From Eledone cirrhosa (taxonomy: Eukaryota), in the NCBI GenBank assembly GCA_964016885.1, contig OZ024742.1:115258001-115322000 (forward strand): 64,000 nucleotides of DNA. The letters run 5' to 3'. The first letter of the stretch is position 1. Every line of letters starts with the position of its first letter. The notes beneath the pieces are model-generated. The model did no database searches. It worked only from the letters and a program-made list of their open reading frames with translations, and had not been told where the DNA came from. Of the stretch, positions 40,310-54,242 are shown in pieces. The translations under genes and the position numbers were made by a program.

Positions 40310-40640
40310 AAAATACAAAGACCGTCACTGCAAAACTCATGATTAAAAGAGACTGATGGTTACTTTGATTATTATAAGTAATATTTAATCTCGCAGAATT
40401 TGGAAGTAAAATCAATGATGTACCGATTAAAATGATTGGAGTCAGGTTTGGAACGGACGTCCACGTAAACAAGAAGTAGGAAGATGTCATGAACACTCTA
40501 TCCAAATCTTACTCAGGCATTAGATTTGACCAAATTCGAGAGGAATATTCAGCCGTAGGTGTAACGTCGGCAGAATGTTTACATGGCTGTATTCTAAAGA
40601 ATATTATCTGATTTGCAGATTTGATCTGTTCGTATTGTTT
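40310..40640 (+). pseudogene. Very old Tx1 RT fragment
   Basis: DVPIKMIGVRFGTDVHVNKK*EDV aligns with DGQVKLLGVWFGPDLQTDKNWDEV of Tx1 ORF2. Confidence 0.55.
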
Positions 40641-41199
40641 TGTCTATTTGTATAGCGCATAAACCGATCAGATTTCTGCCTTAATTTGTTTCTCAATTCT
40701 TCTGTGACTACATTGAAACCTTTCAACTTTATTGTATACCTCATGTCCATGCATCGTTTCTCCAACTTTGGTATTATTCCATTTTACTCTAACCATTTTA
40801 TGAATATATTTCCTATGTGTTATATCATCATCCAAAATTATCTTGCATTAGGATTACTTAGAATTCTTCCTTTCACTTAGCATAATAAATAATCGTTCAC
40901 TCACGAGAAACCATAGGTCATTCCATTGTTTATTTTAGCTGTTTCTCTCGCTAATCCACTTCTCTCCATATTCGCAGATACAGTGGACTCATATTGAATC
41001 CATGATAATTAAACAGACCTTTCAATGTTTACATGATCAATATTGTTTCTTCCATTATTTCATTTTCATTTTCATTTACGCTTTTACTGTCAACATGATC
41101 AGTCACTTAATTTTCAAATCCCCACATTATTTATTATTATTATGAATATTTTTATCTTTCTCATCATAATCATTATCATCATTATTATCATTGTTATTA

Positions 41200-41247
41200 T
41201 TGTATTGTCCCCTACATGTCGCCCTTTGTGGCCAATAAATAAAATCA
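41200..41247 (+). mobile_element. Minimal Tx1 3'-terminal fragment inside a TTA/TCA tract
   Basis: CCCTTTGTGGCCAATAAATAAAATCATTAT versus the Tx1 end CCCTTGTGGTTAATAAAGAAATCATTAT. Confidence 0.55.
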
Positions 41248-41285
41248 TTATCATCATCATCATTATTATTATTATTATTATTATT

Positions 41286-44200
41286 ACAGCTGCATTTATC
41301 TTGCTTTATGTTCATACGAGTTATCACCAAGTCACAACCTGTGACCTCTAGAGTCAACAAGGTCCGCCATGTTCAAGAAAGAACATACATACACACACAT
41401 GCATCGTTAGGTGTTTAGACTTGTGATGTACTTATATTGACAGAATCTTCCTTAGTATATGGGCAGTTCCCATTAGTACTATCTTTCGTATTCCTCTTAT
41501 ACGCGGGTTTCCTGGGATTTGCGATAAGTAATCATTAGCCCCTTTATGTATCATTCATAGAGCGCCTACACTCACTGGTATTGTTTTAGTTCTCAATTTC
41601 CACATTTTTCCAATTTCTATCTCCAGGTCCTCATACTTGCTTAATTTTTGAAATGTTTTTATAGATACATTCTTGTCTATTGGAACGGACATATCAATTA
41701 GCAAGCATACCTCTTTTTAAAGTATTTCAGTATTATATCAGGTCTATTTGCATCTATTTTTCGGTCTGTTTGGATGCTAAGGTTACATAAGATTGAGATG
41801 TGATCTTTTTAAAATACGAGAGGTGCTTGATGATCCCACCAATTCTTTTGATGGGGCAGGTCAAAATGCTTACACATTATCCAATGTATGTATTGTGCAG
41901 CTCTGTCGTGCCTGTTTAGGTATTCGGTTGGAGCTATAGGACTGCACATTGAAATTATATGATGAATGGTCACTTGTTGCTTTTTACATACACGGCATAA
42001 TGGGTTGCATCCATTTTTGATTATGTTGTCCTGGTAATTTTTTTGTTGGCAGACACTGATCTTGTGCTGATAGAATTAGTCCTTCAGTCTCCGATTTCAG
42101 TCCAGAGGATGCCAACAACTAATGGGTTAAAGTGTTGTCAATATCAGGATTGTTAGCTCGCTCTGGGTATTTTCCATACAGAGGCTTTTCTTGCCATTTC
42201 TTAGCCTGTTTCTGTAGCAATTCATTCTTTGCAGTTACTTTTACCTGCTTTGCTTTTTCTGTGTTTTTCATTTCAGCAGTAAATGGAACTTCTGAAATTT
42301 GTAGTCCATTACTGTATCTTTGTTAATATTTTGTAATGGAGTATGATCTTTTGATGTTTCAAAACGATTTTGATCATGCAATCAAGTGATTCCCTTAGAT
42401 ATGTAGATAATCCAATTGTTGCAGTTTTCAACGCAATCTCTAACGTGAGTAACACACGTCCTCCTTCTTTCCTAGGGAGATATATTCTATCTGTATCTGC
42501 CTTAGGGTGATGCATTCTGTGCAAGGTTGAGACGCGTATACTTTTTTTATCGAGACTACTGATCTCTGTGCATGAGCAGTTGATGACATTGTAACTAGAT
42601 TACTATTGGTATGGCAAGCGTGTGTATGGCATCGATCCCATTCCTTGCATTCAATTCCGTCCTTAAGCTTGATATTACTCTGCGGTAACATTCCTTCCCT
42701 CATTGTAGAGTGCTTGATTCCGTCTCTTTAACAAACAACTAGATATTTGTAAGTTCTCTCATCACATTCCCCCGATCAGGATTAATGTCTGAACTTTTCA
42801 GCAGCTTTCCAGTGGTGAACGTTGCTTTGGCGCATTTATCTAGTCCAAACTCTATGTTAATGTCATCACTGAACTGATTCACAGTGGATTATAGACCGTG
42901 CAATTGTTCATTTTTTGCAAATAGTTTCAGGTCATCCATGTAGAACAAGTGATTAATGGTTTTGTCATAGACTTTATATCCATGTTTTGTTTCATTGAGC
43001 ATTCTACTTAATGGTATATGTGCGATGCAGAATAAAAGCGGTGATAAAGAGTCACCCAGAAAGTTTCCACAATTAATATTAACTTCTCCAGCTTCCAGTG
43101 ATTCTTTATCACTATTCAAAAGGAGTGTCTTCGTACAGAATGACAGGAACCTCCTGACAACGGGAGATATTTTGAAAATCTCTAAACATTTTTTCAATCC
43201 AACTGTGTGGCAAACTATCGATTGCTTATTTTATAATCTATCCAAGCAATTGATAGATTTTTGTGTGTATTATTACAATCTTCCCGTATCATTTTGTTAA
43301 CCAAAAGCTGATCTTTACAGCCATAAGAGCGTCGTTTACACGCTTTCTACTAATTCGTAAATAGATCATTTGTTATCAGGTGGTCATATGTATATTCAGT
43401 TAGGACTGATGTTAAAATGTTAAACATTGTAGTCAAGCAAGTTATCGGTCTGTAATTTTTGGGATTGTTTGTTTCATCATTCTTCGGAAGTAGGAATGTA
43501 ATGCCGTTAATTAGCCATGATGGTATCTTTTCTGGCTCCCTAACTATTTCATTGTAAAGTTGGCTTAACAGCTCATGAGACTCTGTGAAGACATTTATCC
43601 AAAAATTTGGTATTTTGTCTTTTGCTAGGGATTTCCATTTGCTGGTTTTTCTAATAACCAAACGCAACTGTTCAACTGTTATATTTTCCCATGTTTGTTC
43701 CTAAAAGTGAGCAGTATCTTTCATATGTCATGGGGCATGTTTATTATGAACTTTCTTTTCGGCCCAGATCTTTTCCCAAAATTCTTGGACTTCCTTCTTG
43801 GGTGGTATTGATTTAGCAGTTATGGTTTGCTTGCCAATTTTTCTGTAGAAGTTTCTTTGGTTGTATTTGAACATATTATTGTCCTTATAGAATCTAGATC
43901 GTTTTTCAAAGCGCCTTATACGAGCAGCTTTGGCCGACACTTTTTGCTTGATTATTTCTATCAGCATGTCTATGTCACATGTTGATTTTATACTGTACTT
44001 TTTTTTCAATTTTCTAAGTTTAGTTTGTTTAACATGTTCACCTACTTTATAGTTTGTTAAAATTTACGTGTCAGATCGGAGAAGGTTTATTTGGCGATTG
44101 ATGTTCTCTTGCCAAGTAGATTTCTTGTGGGAATTCCTTTCTTTTTTCATCTTCACTCCACATAAGTGAGTGGTGACTTTAGCCGATGCATAATAGAGAT

Positions 44201-45764
44201 GATTTAAATCAGTAATGTTTAGTTTGTTTGTGATGATAATGTTTTTAAGAATTATGTTAGTCTTGTGTATTATCTTTTGGTTCTGTTTGGAGTTCTGGAT
44301 CTTAGGGAGGGTGTCTCGTTGCCCCATGTCAGATTCTTTCATTTTCATCCATTCGATCATAATTTCATCCTTCAAGTTGGCAAGTTCATTCTCATTCATT
44401 ACTTTATCATTTACGATCTCATTATTTTCATTTGGAATTTATCCTGAGCATGCACTCCCTCCACTTTTTCGATCCTTTCTTTAATTTGTTCTGTTGCCAG
44501 TGATTCCGCCCCAACCCTGGGATTCGAAGTGTTACAGTTTACCTCGTTTTCACTGACACGTGTTTCATTTTCCCTTCGCTGACTTTGTGCTAATAGCTTC
44601 ATCTGATCAATTTCTATATCAGTTAGTAACTTTTTCTTACAATATTTCTTCGTATATTGACTAGTTTGTTACTGTCAATATAGCCTCTGTTTTCGGGATC
44701 TTTCTTTTTCCAGTTGATATATGTCTGTTCTGTATTCGATGTATTTGATGGGTAGTACATGGCAGTGTAGAAAGCCTCAAGGACTTCTTTATTATCTTCC
44801 CTTGACCATTTTTCTCTCTTTTTCTTTGGATTTCTTGGTGGTGAGCATGGAGGGCCAACAGTAGGAGTATTCCGGTTATGGGAGGTCTCCAGCTCCGAAG
44901 TGATGGGAAGGTTTGAACCATTAGCTGATTTTTCGACCCCAATCTGGTTCCTCTCTGAGGGACGCGCCCCTTTTTTACCCGGGTGACGGCCGATCCCGTA
45001 TGAGATTTTATCATTATACATTTACTTTATTTTGTCGCGTTTTATCCTTATCCGCCAAGGGGTAATCATTTCGTGTTACCACTTCTAGAACGAGTGTCAA
45101 CCAAGGCTAGAGGGGTCGTTCTCCCCTAGAGACACGCTATTCCCCGCCGGCCGCCATCCCAGCATTTCTTGGTCACGTTGTTTTCTTTTTGTTGTTTTTT
45201 TTAAATTGTTATTATCATGAGTGGTTCCTTAATGTGAGCATTCCGTGGCTTAAAAATGAAATTATTAATAATTGTCTCCACTCCAGGCACAAGGCCAGCA
45301 ATCACCCAGTGCATTACAATAATATAATATACTTTTTGCTGTAGTTGCCTGTTATTGTTGTTGGCTATGTCGGTGGTTGTGCCGGGGCTTTTTATATTGT
45401 TGGTGAGGAAGGGGTGAGCCAGCAGTCCCATAGTTGTTGATGTTGACGTTTGGGCGGTGGCCAGGTCACTAAGTCAATCTATTTATATCTTTTGCTAGCC
45501 TCTCCCTTGTCTAGTGATACCGCCACCTTCCCCTTTCTCTCTCAAGTTAACAGGGGAATAGTGGTGGTAGCAATCAAGGAGTGGTGGCGGCGGCGATGGG
45601 ATAGTGGTAGCAATGATGGATGGGGTGGTGGCGGCGGTGGCGTTGTGGTTACTGAGTTTTGTGATATGTAGTGTATATGAGTTTGTGTTCGTATGTTTAA
45701 TATATATTGTGTTGACATATTCCCGTAAAATTGGAATTAAAATTTTGTTAAAATTTGAGACAAT
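41286..45764 (-). mobile_element. R4/Dong family A, copy 3 (full-length, decayed)
   Basis: Many ORF fragments between 42309 and 45021 match the 1216-aa protein; the whole 5' region matches 4064-4805; the 3' end abuts (TTA)n. Confidence 0.93.
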
Positions 45765-46192
45765 AATAATAGTAATTATTATTATGATGCTGGGATTGAT
45801 GGTGGTGGTGGTGAAATTGCCGTTATCTGGCTGTTATATTTAGTGTGATGGGATAGGTTGTTTATCAAGTTTCTGGTGTTGGTGAAATTGCTGTTATTTG
45901 GCTGTTTTATATAGTGTAGACAGAGGGTGTTTTCTTCCATTTATAACCATTTTCTTTTTTTGAATACAAAATATATAATACAAAATTGAATATTTGAGCG
46001 ATATATCAATATAATATGGATCCGAAATTTTATGGGACTTCAATCGGTGGTTTATGCATCATATGTACTAAGAATTGTTATTTCACAATTGATTTAAATA
46101 TGTTAAAAATCAAAAACTTACGGGAGCGATTTCATGACCTTCTACCACCTCGTGCGTCTTCTTCCCTATTTTATTATTATTATTATTATTAA

Positions 46193-46375
46193 TGGATTGG
46201 CAGTATCGGTAGAGGGTCGGACGCCATGCTTTCCAGCATAGTTACGTCCCATTACGATCTGAGTTCAAATCCCGCCGAGGTTGACTTTGCCTTTCATCCT
46301 TACGGGGTCGATAAAATAAAGTACCAGTAATGCACTGGGTTATTGCTGGCCTTGTGCCTAAAGTAGAAACAATTA
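46193..46375 (+). mobile_element. tRNA-derived SINE with Meta-domain-like core and (TTA)n tail
   Basis: A-box-like TGGCAGTATCGG, B-box GAGTTCAAATCC, core GCCTTTCATCCTTACGGGGTCGATAAAATAAAGTACCAG. Confidence 0.88.
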
Positions 46376-46407
46376 TTATTATTATTATTATTATTATTGT
46401 TATTGTT

Positions 46408-48938
46408 ATTCCTTGAATCTCAGTCATTGATGTTGGTTAACTGGAAAGTCCGTTGGATTGAATATCAAGCCACTACCTGCAGCCTCAGATATTCAGGACG
46501 TATCGGAGGGTTCTTGCTGTTCCAAGCAAGCATGCCTTTTGAAGCGTTCCAAAAAGCGTGAAGGGGCCGATTTTCTTTAACCATCCCTGGAAACTTTTGG
46601 AGATAGTCCCCAGTGCGCCTATGACAATCGGGATCACTTTGACTTCATGGCAGTTCCAAATCCTTTTCACCTCCCACTTTAGGTCCTGGTATCGGTTAAT
46701 TTTCTCCCTCTCCTTCTCTTGCACTCTCGTGTCGAACGGGCAGGCCACATCCACAATCAGGCACGATCTTTTTTCTTTGTCCACAACCACCAGGTCAGGT
46801 CTATTGTGTTCCAGTTTTTTGTCCGTCTGTATCCTAAAATCCCACAGCACCTTCACATGATTGTTCTCCATCACCGCCTCTGGCCTATGCTCATACCATT
46901 TCTCAGAATGTGGTAAATGGTTTACTTTGCACAGGTGCCAGTGGATCACCCTGCCCATCACATCGTGTCTCCAGCCCTTATAGTGGGTCCGTGCTAGGTG
47001 TTTACACTCGGACACAATGTGAGCCACAGTCTCCTCTCTCTCTCCACAGATCCTGCACAGTGGGCTAGCCTCCTCCTTGTAGATATGGTGCTTCAACCAC
47101 TTCGTTTTGAGGGCCTGCTCCTGCGCAGCCATTAGCATTCCTTCTGTAGCCTTTTTGAGGTCTCCTCTTCTCAACCAGTTCCATGTCTGTGGATCTCTAA
47201 ATTCAGTTTTCTCAAAGAAGGTACTATGAAGGGATTTTCCCTTAAGGCTGCTCTTCCTCCTTGATGTTATTTCCTCCTTGGACATCCCCTGGCCTACTGT
47301 CCCCTCCTTCAGTACAGTTCTGAGCATTGGCTCCTTACTATAGGTCACGTATTTGTATAGGTTGTTTTTCTCCATCTGAACACAGTCCTCTATGCTGATA
47401 AGACCTCTTCCACCCTCAGATCTCCTTAGGTAGAGTCTATCGACATCACTCCTCTTGTGGAACATGTTGTAGATAGTCAATAGCTTCCTAGTCTTCCTAT
47501 CCATTTCTTTTTGTTCATCAACATTCCATCTCAGAATTCCCGCACTGTACCTAATAGTAGACACAGCTCGGGAATTTACTGCGCTTATGGCATTTCTGCT
47601 GTTCAGATGTGACTTCAATACGCTCCTTACTCTCCGAATGTATTCAGTTCTTAACAATTCCTTCATTTTTTTTGTTCTTTATGCCATCAGCCTCCAGAAC
47701 GCCCAAATACTTGTATCCTTCCTCAGAGTCAATTTCCTTTATCATCTCACCTGTTGGTATCTGGATCCCGTTACTTCTGCTCAACCTGCCCCTCTTCATC
47801 ACAATGACTCCACATTTACCAATACCAAATTGCATACATATATCACTGCTGAAAATACGGACAGTGTCAACAAGCACATCCAACTCCTTCTCACTTTTCC
47901 CGAAGAGCTTAAGATCGTCCATGAAGAGGAGGTGATTGATGGTAAGCTCTCCCCTTCCCAACTTGTATCCTGCTCTCACTTTTCGCAGCATAATGGTCAA
48001 GGGCATCAGGGCAAGGACAAACAACAGAGGGGATAGGCTATCTCCCTGGAAGATACCTCTCTTGATCTTCACGCTACCCAAGGATTCTCCAGTTGATGTC
48101 AACTCTGTGTCCCAGGACCTCTTACTCCTGCCCAACAACTGTCTGATGTTATCTGCCACATTGAAGATCTCCAGGCTTTTGGTGATCCAAGAGTGAGGCA
48201 CCATGTCAAATGCCGTTCTGTAGTCTATCCATCCCATGGCAAGATCAGTGTGTCTCCTCCTGCAATTCCCCATTACCATCTTATCAATAAGTAACTGGTC
48301 CTTTGTACCACGTGACTTCTTTCGGCATCCTTTCTGTTCGTCCGGTAACAAGTTGTTTGTGTGGAGGTGATGGTAGATTTCCTCAGACACAATGCTCATC
48401 AACAGTTTCCACATTACGGACAGACATGTGATAGGTCTATAGTTGGTAACATCATTACCCTTGATTCGCTCTTTCATTATCAGAACTGTGGTTCCTTTTG
48501 TCAACCACTCTGGTACCTCACCTGACATCAAGGAGTCATTTAACATGGTTGTCTGTTTCGGGTGGATGGATGTTATATCTTTAATCCAATACCCCTGCAC
48601 ACCATCTGGGCCTGGTGATTTCCAGTTGGTTAGTTTTTTGGCCTGCCCCTTAAGAGTTTCAACTGTGATACTCAAATCGGTTTGTTGGTGTGCCTGCTCA
48701 CCGATCTCCCTCTGTACTGTCTCAATCCACACTGCCTGGTCATTATGTCTAACATCCTTCTCCCATATTCCTCTCCAGAATGTTTTAGTTTGTTCCGCGC
48801 CAGGGATCAAGTCGTTGCCTCTTTCTTTCCCTTCAAGCTGTCCAAACACCATCTTCTGGTTGTTGTCGAACATGCGGTTCTGTTTATACTGACTGACTCT
48901 GTTCTCGTATCGCCTGATTTTTGCACTCTTTGAAACAA
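46408..48938 (-). mobile_element. R4/Dong family B, 5'-truncated (RT and RLE, one frameshift)
   Basis: ORFs 47644-48873 (YRPITCL, GIFQGDSLSPLLF, FMDD) and 46485-47666 (CRIC..HIVSEC, RHD, RPDL). Confidence 0.92.
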
Positions 48939-50350
48939 CGGTCCGGACCTCCAGACGGACAAAAACTGGGACGAGGTGACGAGAAGGGTGGCTTCTCTCA
49001 CCCAGAAATGGGCGGAGAGGAAGCTGTCCCTGAAGGTCGAGCGGAGGTGGCTAACGCGTACATCGCGTCTGTCATCTGCTACCGCCTAACCGTCGTACCT
49101 TGTCCTAAGCCTCGCCTGACTGCGCTGGAGCGTTTGCTCTTTCGCTTTTTGTGGAAGGGACGTGCTCCGATGGTCAGGCGGTCCATCTGTTGTCAACACC
49201 CGCTACGTGGAGGGCTGGGAATGCCGTGGCTGATGATGCGCAGGCACGCGCTCAGGCTACGACATCTCCACCTCTTCCTCGACGGTGATCAGGTGTGGTC
49301 GCCGTTTGCTAGACGCGTTTTTCCCCAGCTCGTTTCCTTGACGGAGCTGCAGTCCTGGGTCAAGCGAAGACCGAGAGGGAGCGCCTGGAGACTGGAATGT
49401 CTTCAGGCGCTCACAGCCCTCGACCAATCGGGCAATGTGATCGGTGGAAACTCCACATCGGCGTTCTATAGAGGATTAGTGGAGGGGAAGAGCGACGACG
49501 TACTTGGGGAAACTCTAGGCGTCGACGAAAATCAACTAGCCAATCTCTTCGGAAGAACTTTCGGGCCAGGGCCTATGGACAACTTCCAGAAATCTCTGAC
49601 CTGGCAGTGCTACCGAGGAGCCTTGCCAGTTCGGGATAAACTCTACAGGCATGGAGGTGCCGTCAGCCGGGCATGTCCGAGATGCGCGCAGGGCGACGAA
49701 ACCGTCCTGCACGCACTCGTCCAGTGTCCGAAAATTGCTGACTTGTGGGTTTATGTCGAACACCTGCTGTCGCGTTTAGGACGGATCCAGCTATCATCTG
49801 AGTCTATCGTGAGGATTGCCCCGCCCTCCTCCTTTAGCCGGGAAGGGCAGGCAGTTTTTATCTGTCTGGTGGCCATGGCGAAAGAGATAGTATGGTGGAC
49901 ACGTTTGAAAGGGCTGAAGACGAGCACTTACCTCTTCGGTGATGCTCTGATTGACTTTTTCAAATTTCATTTGAAAAGGAAAATCAGAGTAGAGAAGGAA
50001 GTGCTCTCTTCCCAGCATTTTGTTGAAAGATGGGTGAGAGAAGCAAGAATGGCCCGAGTGAATGGGCCGACTCTGAGTATATATCTGTAAACTAAAGGTG
50101 GAAAACTGGGAGAGGGCACTTGCCTTGGTGGTCAGGGTCATTGTGGCTTTTTACTGGGCTTTCTCCACAAATGTCCCTCCGAAGTCTCCCCCCTATTGGG
50201 GAATATTTCATTGTTATTTTCATTGTTATTTTTGTTACATCCTCTGTTTTTGTTTTTTTACACGCAGAAATGCCCATTTGTACCGTCCTGCATTGTCCTG
50301 CACTGTCCTTAATGTCTACTTTATGTAAACCCTTGTGGTTAATAAAGAAA

Positions 50351-50352
<2 letters not shown>
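48939..50352 (+). mobile_element. Tx1 copy 3, 5'-truncated
   Basis: Near-identical to 36855-38262; ends AATAAAGAAATC followed by (ATT)n. Confidence 0.92.
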
Positions 50353-50408
<56 letters not shown>

Positions 50409-50409
<1 letters not shown>

Positions 50410-50860
50410 ATTTTGGTGCTCGTTTGCGACAATGCCCCACAACCTCGAGTCTATTGTCGCGTGACAGCGGCTTAAGCTTTGAGGGCAAAATAACGTCCCC
50501 ACCAGCACCACTAACAGCACAACAGACAATAATGACACAAAGAACGATATTATCAACACCACAACCAACAACAAAATGAACAAGGCAACAGAAAAACAAC
50601 TGCAAAAGGTGAAAACTACAACAACACCAAATGCATCAGGAACAACACTACCAACGCAAACTGCAACAACGACAACTACCACACCACAAACAAGCACCTC
50701 TCAAGGAGAAGGAAAACAACAACAGCAATATCAACAGCAACGACAAAAATGTGACCATCAACATCACTTTGAAGAAAGAGAAAACTTCTTCGCTGGTGCA
50801 GTCACCCTCACAGCAACAAAACCCATGTTCTAACACGGACGTTATTGAAAAGGAATAAAA
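50409..50860 (+). mobile_element. Probable 5' fragment (UTR and ORF1 start) of another Tx1 subfamily
   Basis: Starts right after (TTA)n; T/Q/N-rich coding stretch with LKKEKTSSLVQS resembling TKEKKSLVQS of ORF1 copy 1. Confidence 0.45.
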
Positions 50861-53179
50861 GTTGGCCTAGGCATGGAAGCTAATTAAACAAGAGGAAACT
50901 TGGTCCAAGTCGTATCTATTTGAACCCAGAACATATGCAGTTCGAACATATATTTTTAAATATATCTGTTTAGATGATCTAACAATTCGGAGAATCAACG
51001 ATATTTGCATTCGTGGTTTTTAAGAGGTTGTATAGCTATTGCCGTTCATAATCAAAGACCGACACAATAAGTAGTTAAACTGCATTAAACTCTCCAGACA
51101 AATGGATTTCCATGTTAGCTACACTAAACACGAGGAATGGAAAGGCATTATAAACATTCATTGATATTCTCAATATTAGAATGGTGAAGTCTTTTTCGAA
51201 TGATAAAATAGTGGCATACAAATGCACGATAATGGATTGACTCGCAGACATACAGACGCCATTCAAGTCGACTGGTTACGATCGTTGCTTTCCGACAATA
51301 AAAATAATTTATGGTAAATACATCAGAAAAAAATTCCATGATATTTAGTCTACCTAACCAAAAGTAGGTATAACATAGTTACACTATTTCAAGCTTACAA
51401 TTATCCGGAAATTTCAATTTACTGTCAGCATCTACGCTGATTAAATGTTGCTATGGTGTCGAATTAGTATAGCTGAAATGCATTGTTTACAGTTTCTTCG
51501 GATCCATAGTGTAAGGAGAAGTCATTTCACTGGAAAATCATACGCTACTCTTCTGAAAGCGTATCTTATATTCTCTGGTAACTGAAGAACCTAATTTACA
51601 GAATTGACCGTGTTGCTAATTGTCTCAGAATATACACACGAAATGGAGTAGGATGAAATCTAAAAAAAATGTAGTATTGAAGGGAATAAATATGAATAAA
51701 ACGAAAGTAGACTAAAGGAGCATATTTGAAATATAAAAAAACAGCAGAGATATGTTAACAATTGTCTGAACAAGCATGAACCGTTTCTTCGGGAATATAC
51801 TTTTCCTTCTCACACCTGTTTGGCATGTTAGATACTAGTCATGCAAGTTTCCTCTAACATAACACTTCTGCCGAATAACTAGTGAAAAAACCCCGTATCT
51901 ATTCTTGTACGGTAGAATTAATTCGCCTATTGGCTTAACAACAAAACGCGATACACACTTATTTTCAGATATCCATTCGATCAAATGATACAGACTTATT
52001 ACGCTTGTGATCGATAAAATAAAGCACCACATGCATTGGGGTAATTGCTGGAATTGTGCAAAAAGTAGAAACAAATATTACACTTTTCTATAGGTCTACC
52101 GAAACCTACAAAGACCATGTGATGTTCCCTTCTTCCTATCACAAAATTGTTTTACTCAAGTCATGTATGTTTAAAGTGGACAATGCTAGTTAAACATTTG
52201 TTTATTTTTATCTGATATTTAACCAAGGGGTCTGTGATAGGTGAGCGTGTGTATTTGTGATTTTATGTTTGCGTATATTAAAAGAAGCGTTAATATATCT
52301 GTTTATTTAACGTTTATAAAGATCTGCATATTGTGTTTATTTAGAGTTAAATAAGCTTGATCAGTTCACAAATTATTCTCACCGTACATAATATGGAAAC
52401 TGTTTTGCCGTACTTTTGTTGTTGTTTTCACGTATGTGCTATAAACCACCATTCTCCACTCAACAATTAAACTTGATCAGATCCATCCCAGTTATGTACA
52501 TAGTGCTTCCTTTCAAGTAAAGCGAACTCCACTTTCATATCCAACATGTTTACATTTGTCCTGGCACATATACGTTTTGGGTGATTTGGTTGTAATTTCC
52601 AGGACATCGAGCAACCTGGCTTGCTCCGATCAAGTAGTGGCACTCAAGAGACATACCATATGGTAATAGCTATAGAATATCGTATCCCATATGGAAACGG
52701 AACAGATACGATTTTCTATTTCTTACTCAGGTTGAAATAGCAAGTTGAAAACGATACAGCATTGCTAAAGGTGAACGCTGAATACAGAATGTGAATTATA
52801 TGAAAGAGGAAACAGGCATGGGTAGAATCAAAAGAGATACTATTGCGTGGGGATAATATTCAAGGAATGACATGAAACAAGCACATAATTCAATATGAAC
52901 ACAAATTTGAAGTAGATGTGGCTAAATAATTCCGTACGATACAGCTAGAGGTTACGTTTGAATAGAAAGAGAAACGTCAGTAAAGAGAGGAATGATACTA
53001 AAGGGGCATTACATACAACGTGTGTGAATTGAGGAATACCATTGAAGCTGTTCAGGAAGTAAGGGAAATGTTGTGATCATTTTCTGTAAATTATATTACA
53101 GCCATGAGAAAGAAAAGCTCGCAAAGATTTTAATTTTAAAGCATGTTAATCAAGTTAACTGTGTATTATAGAACACTGT

Positions 53180-53350
53180 TATATAATACAATATAGTATA
53201 GTGTGATATGATATGTAATATAATATAATATAATATAATATAATATAATATAATATAATATAATGTAATATAACATATGATATATAATAAATATAAAATA
53301 TAATACAATTAAATATAGTATAAAATATAATACAATTCAATATAATATAA
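53180..53350. repeat. (TAATA)n pentanucleotide repeat
   Basis: Direct reading. Confidence 0.9.
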
Positions 53351-54050
53351 AATCAGATAAAATGAAATATGGCATAATATAACACATATATCCATCCATA
53401 TGCAATTTAAAACTATATAAATATGCATGTATGCAGATACAACCAAAAACATATGAGACATAATGGAAGGAATAGATGAAATATATGTAATATAAAATCA
53501 TTGAATTTGATATATCGAAACTAATGAGAAGCATGTGTACATGTGACGTAATTATGTGGCCTTTGATTTATGAAATGAGGAAATAAAATGTTTAAAGGAT
53601 GGTAAAGATTTATATTCGTTGGTGAACGATATACATTTATATAGATCCAGGCATTCAGGCAATATGTCATAGAAATTTGTGCGCTAAGTACCCAAAGAAT
53701 ATGATAAAGTTATAGCTCTATATACTCAGCATAGAGATAAACGTAAAAGTGTACAACAATATACACATTTTCTGGGTGGCTCTTTGGCGCAAAACTTAAC
53801 TACAAACAATAACGCTAACAATTTGCAAATTTCTACGTCTGTACCATGTATCTAATACCCTCTAGTTGTTTAGAGGATATACGTATATAACCCCCAAGAT
53901 GCTATAATTCAGGCATCAGCACAGCATAATTTGTATAAAATTTAAACCTAAAATGAACAAGAAATAACAGCATGTCACCCTTATATAGATATATCTTCAA
54001 ACATAGAGTAACTCATGCGCACCTACATATCATTATCTTAAAAGACCAAC

Positions 54051-54242
54051 GGGCGGTGGATTGGCTGTATCGGTAGAGGGTCGAAGGCCATGTTTTGACG
54101 CATAGAGTTACGGCCCTTGCCATTCTGAGTTCAAATCACGCCGAGGTTAACTTTGCCTTTCATCCTTACTGGATCGATAAAATAAAGTACCAGTAATACA
54201 CTGGTTGATTGCTGGCCTTGTGCCAAAGGTAGAAACAATTAT
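54051..54242 (+). mobile_element. tRNA-derived SINE (same family as 46193-46375)
   Basis: GGCGGTGGATTGGCTGTATCGGTAG head, B-box and Meta-like core. Confidence 0.88.

Noticed and set aside
40296-40505. Possible host exon with a transmembrane-like end
   Set aside because: The opposite strand matches decayed Tx1 RT.
46193-46280. tRNA gene
   Set aside because: A/B boxes belong to a SINE head; no cloverleaf, and a SINE core follows.
50900-53150. Unique-looking sequence as possible host exons (also 14500-15200 and 63300-64000)
   Set aside because: No recognisable protein motif or convincing splice-bounded ORF; cannot be excluded without RNA-seq.
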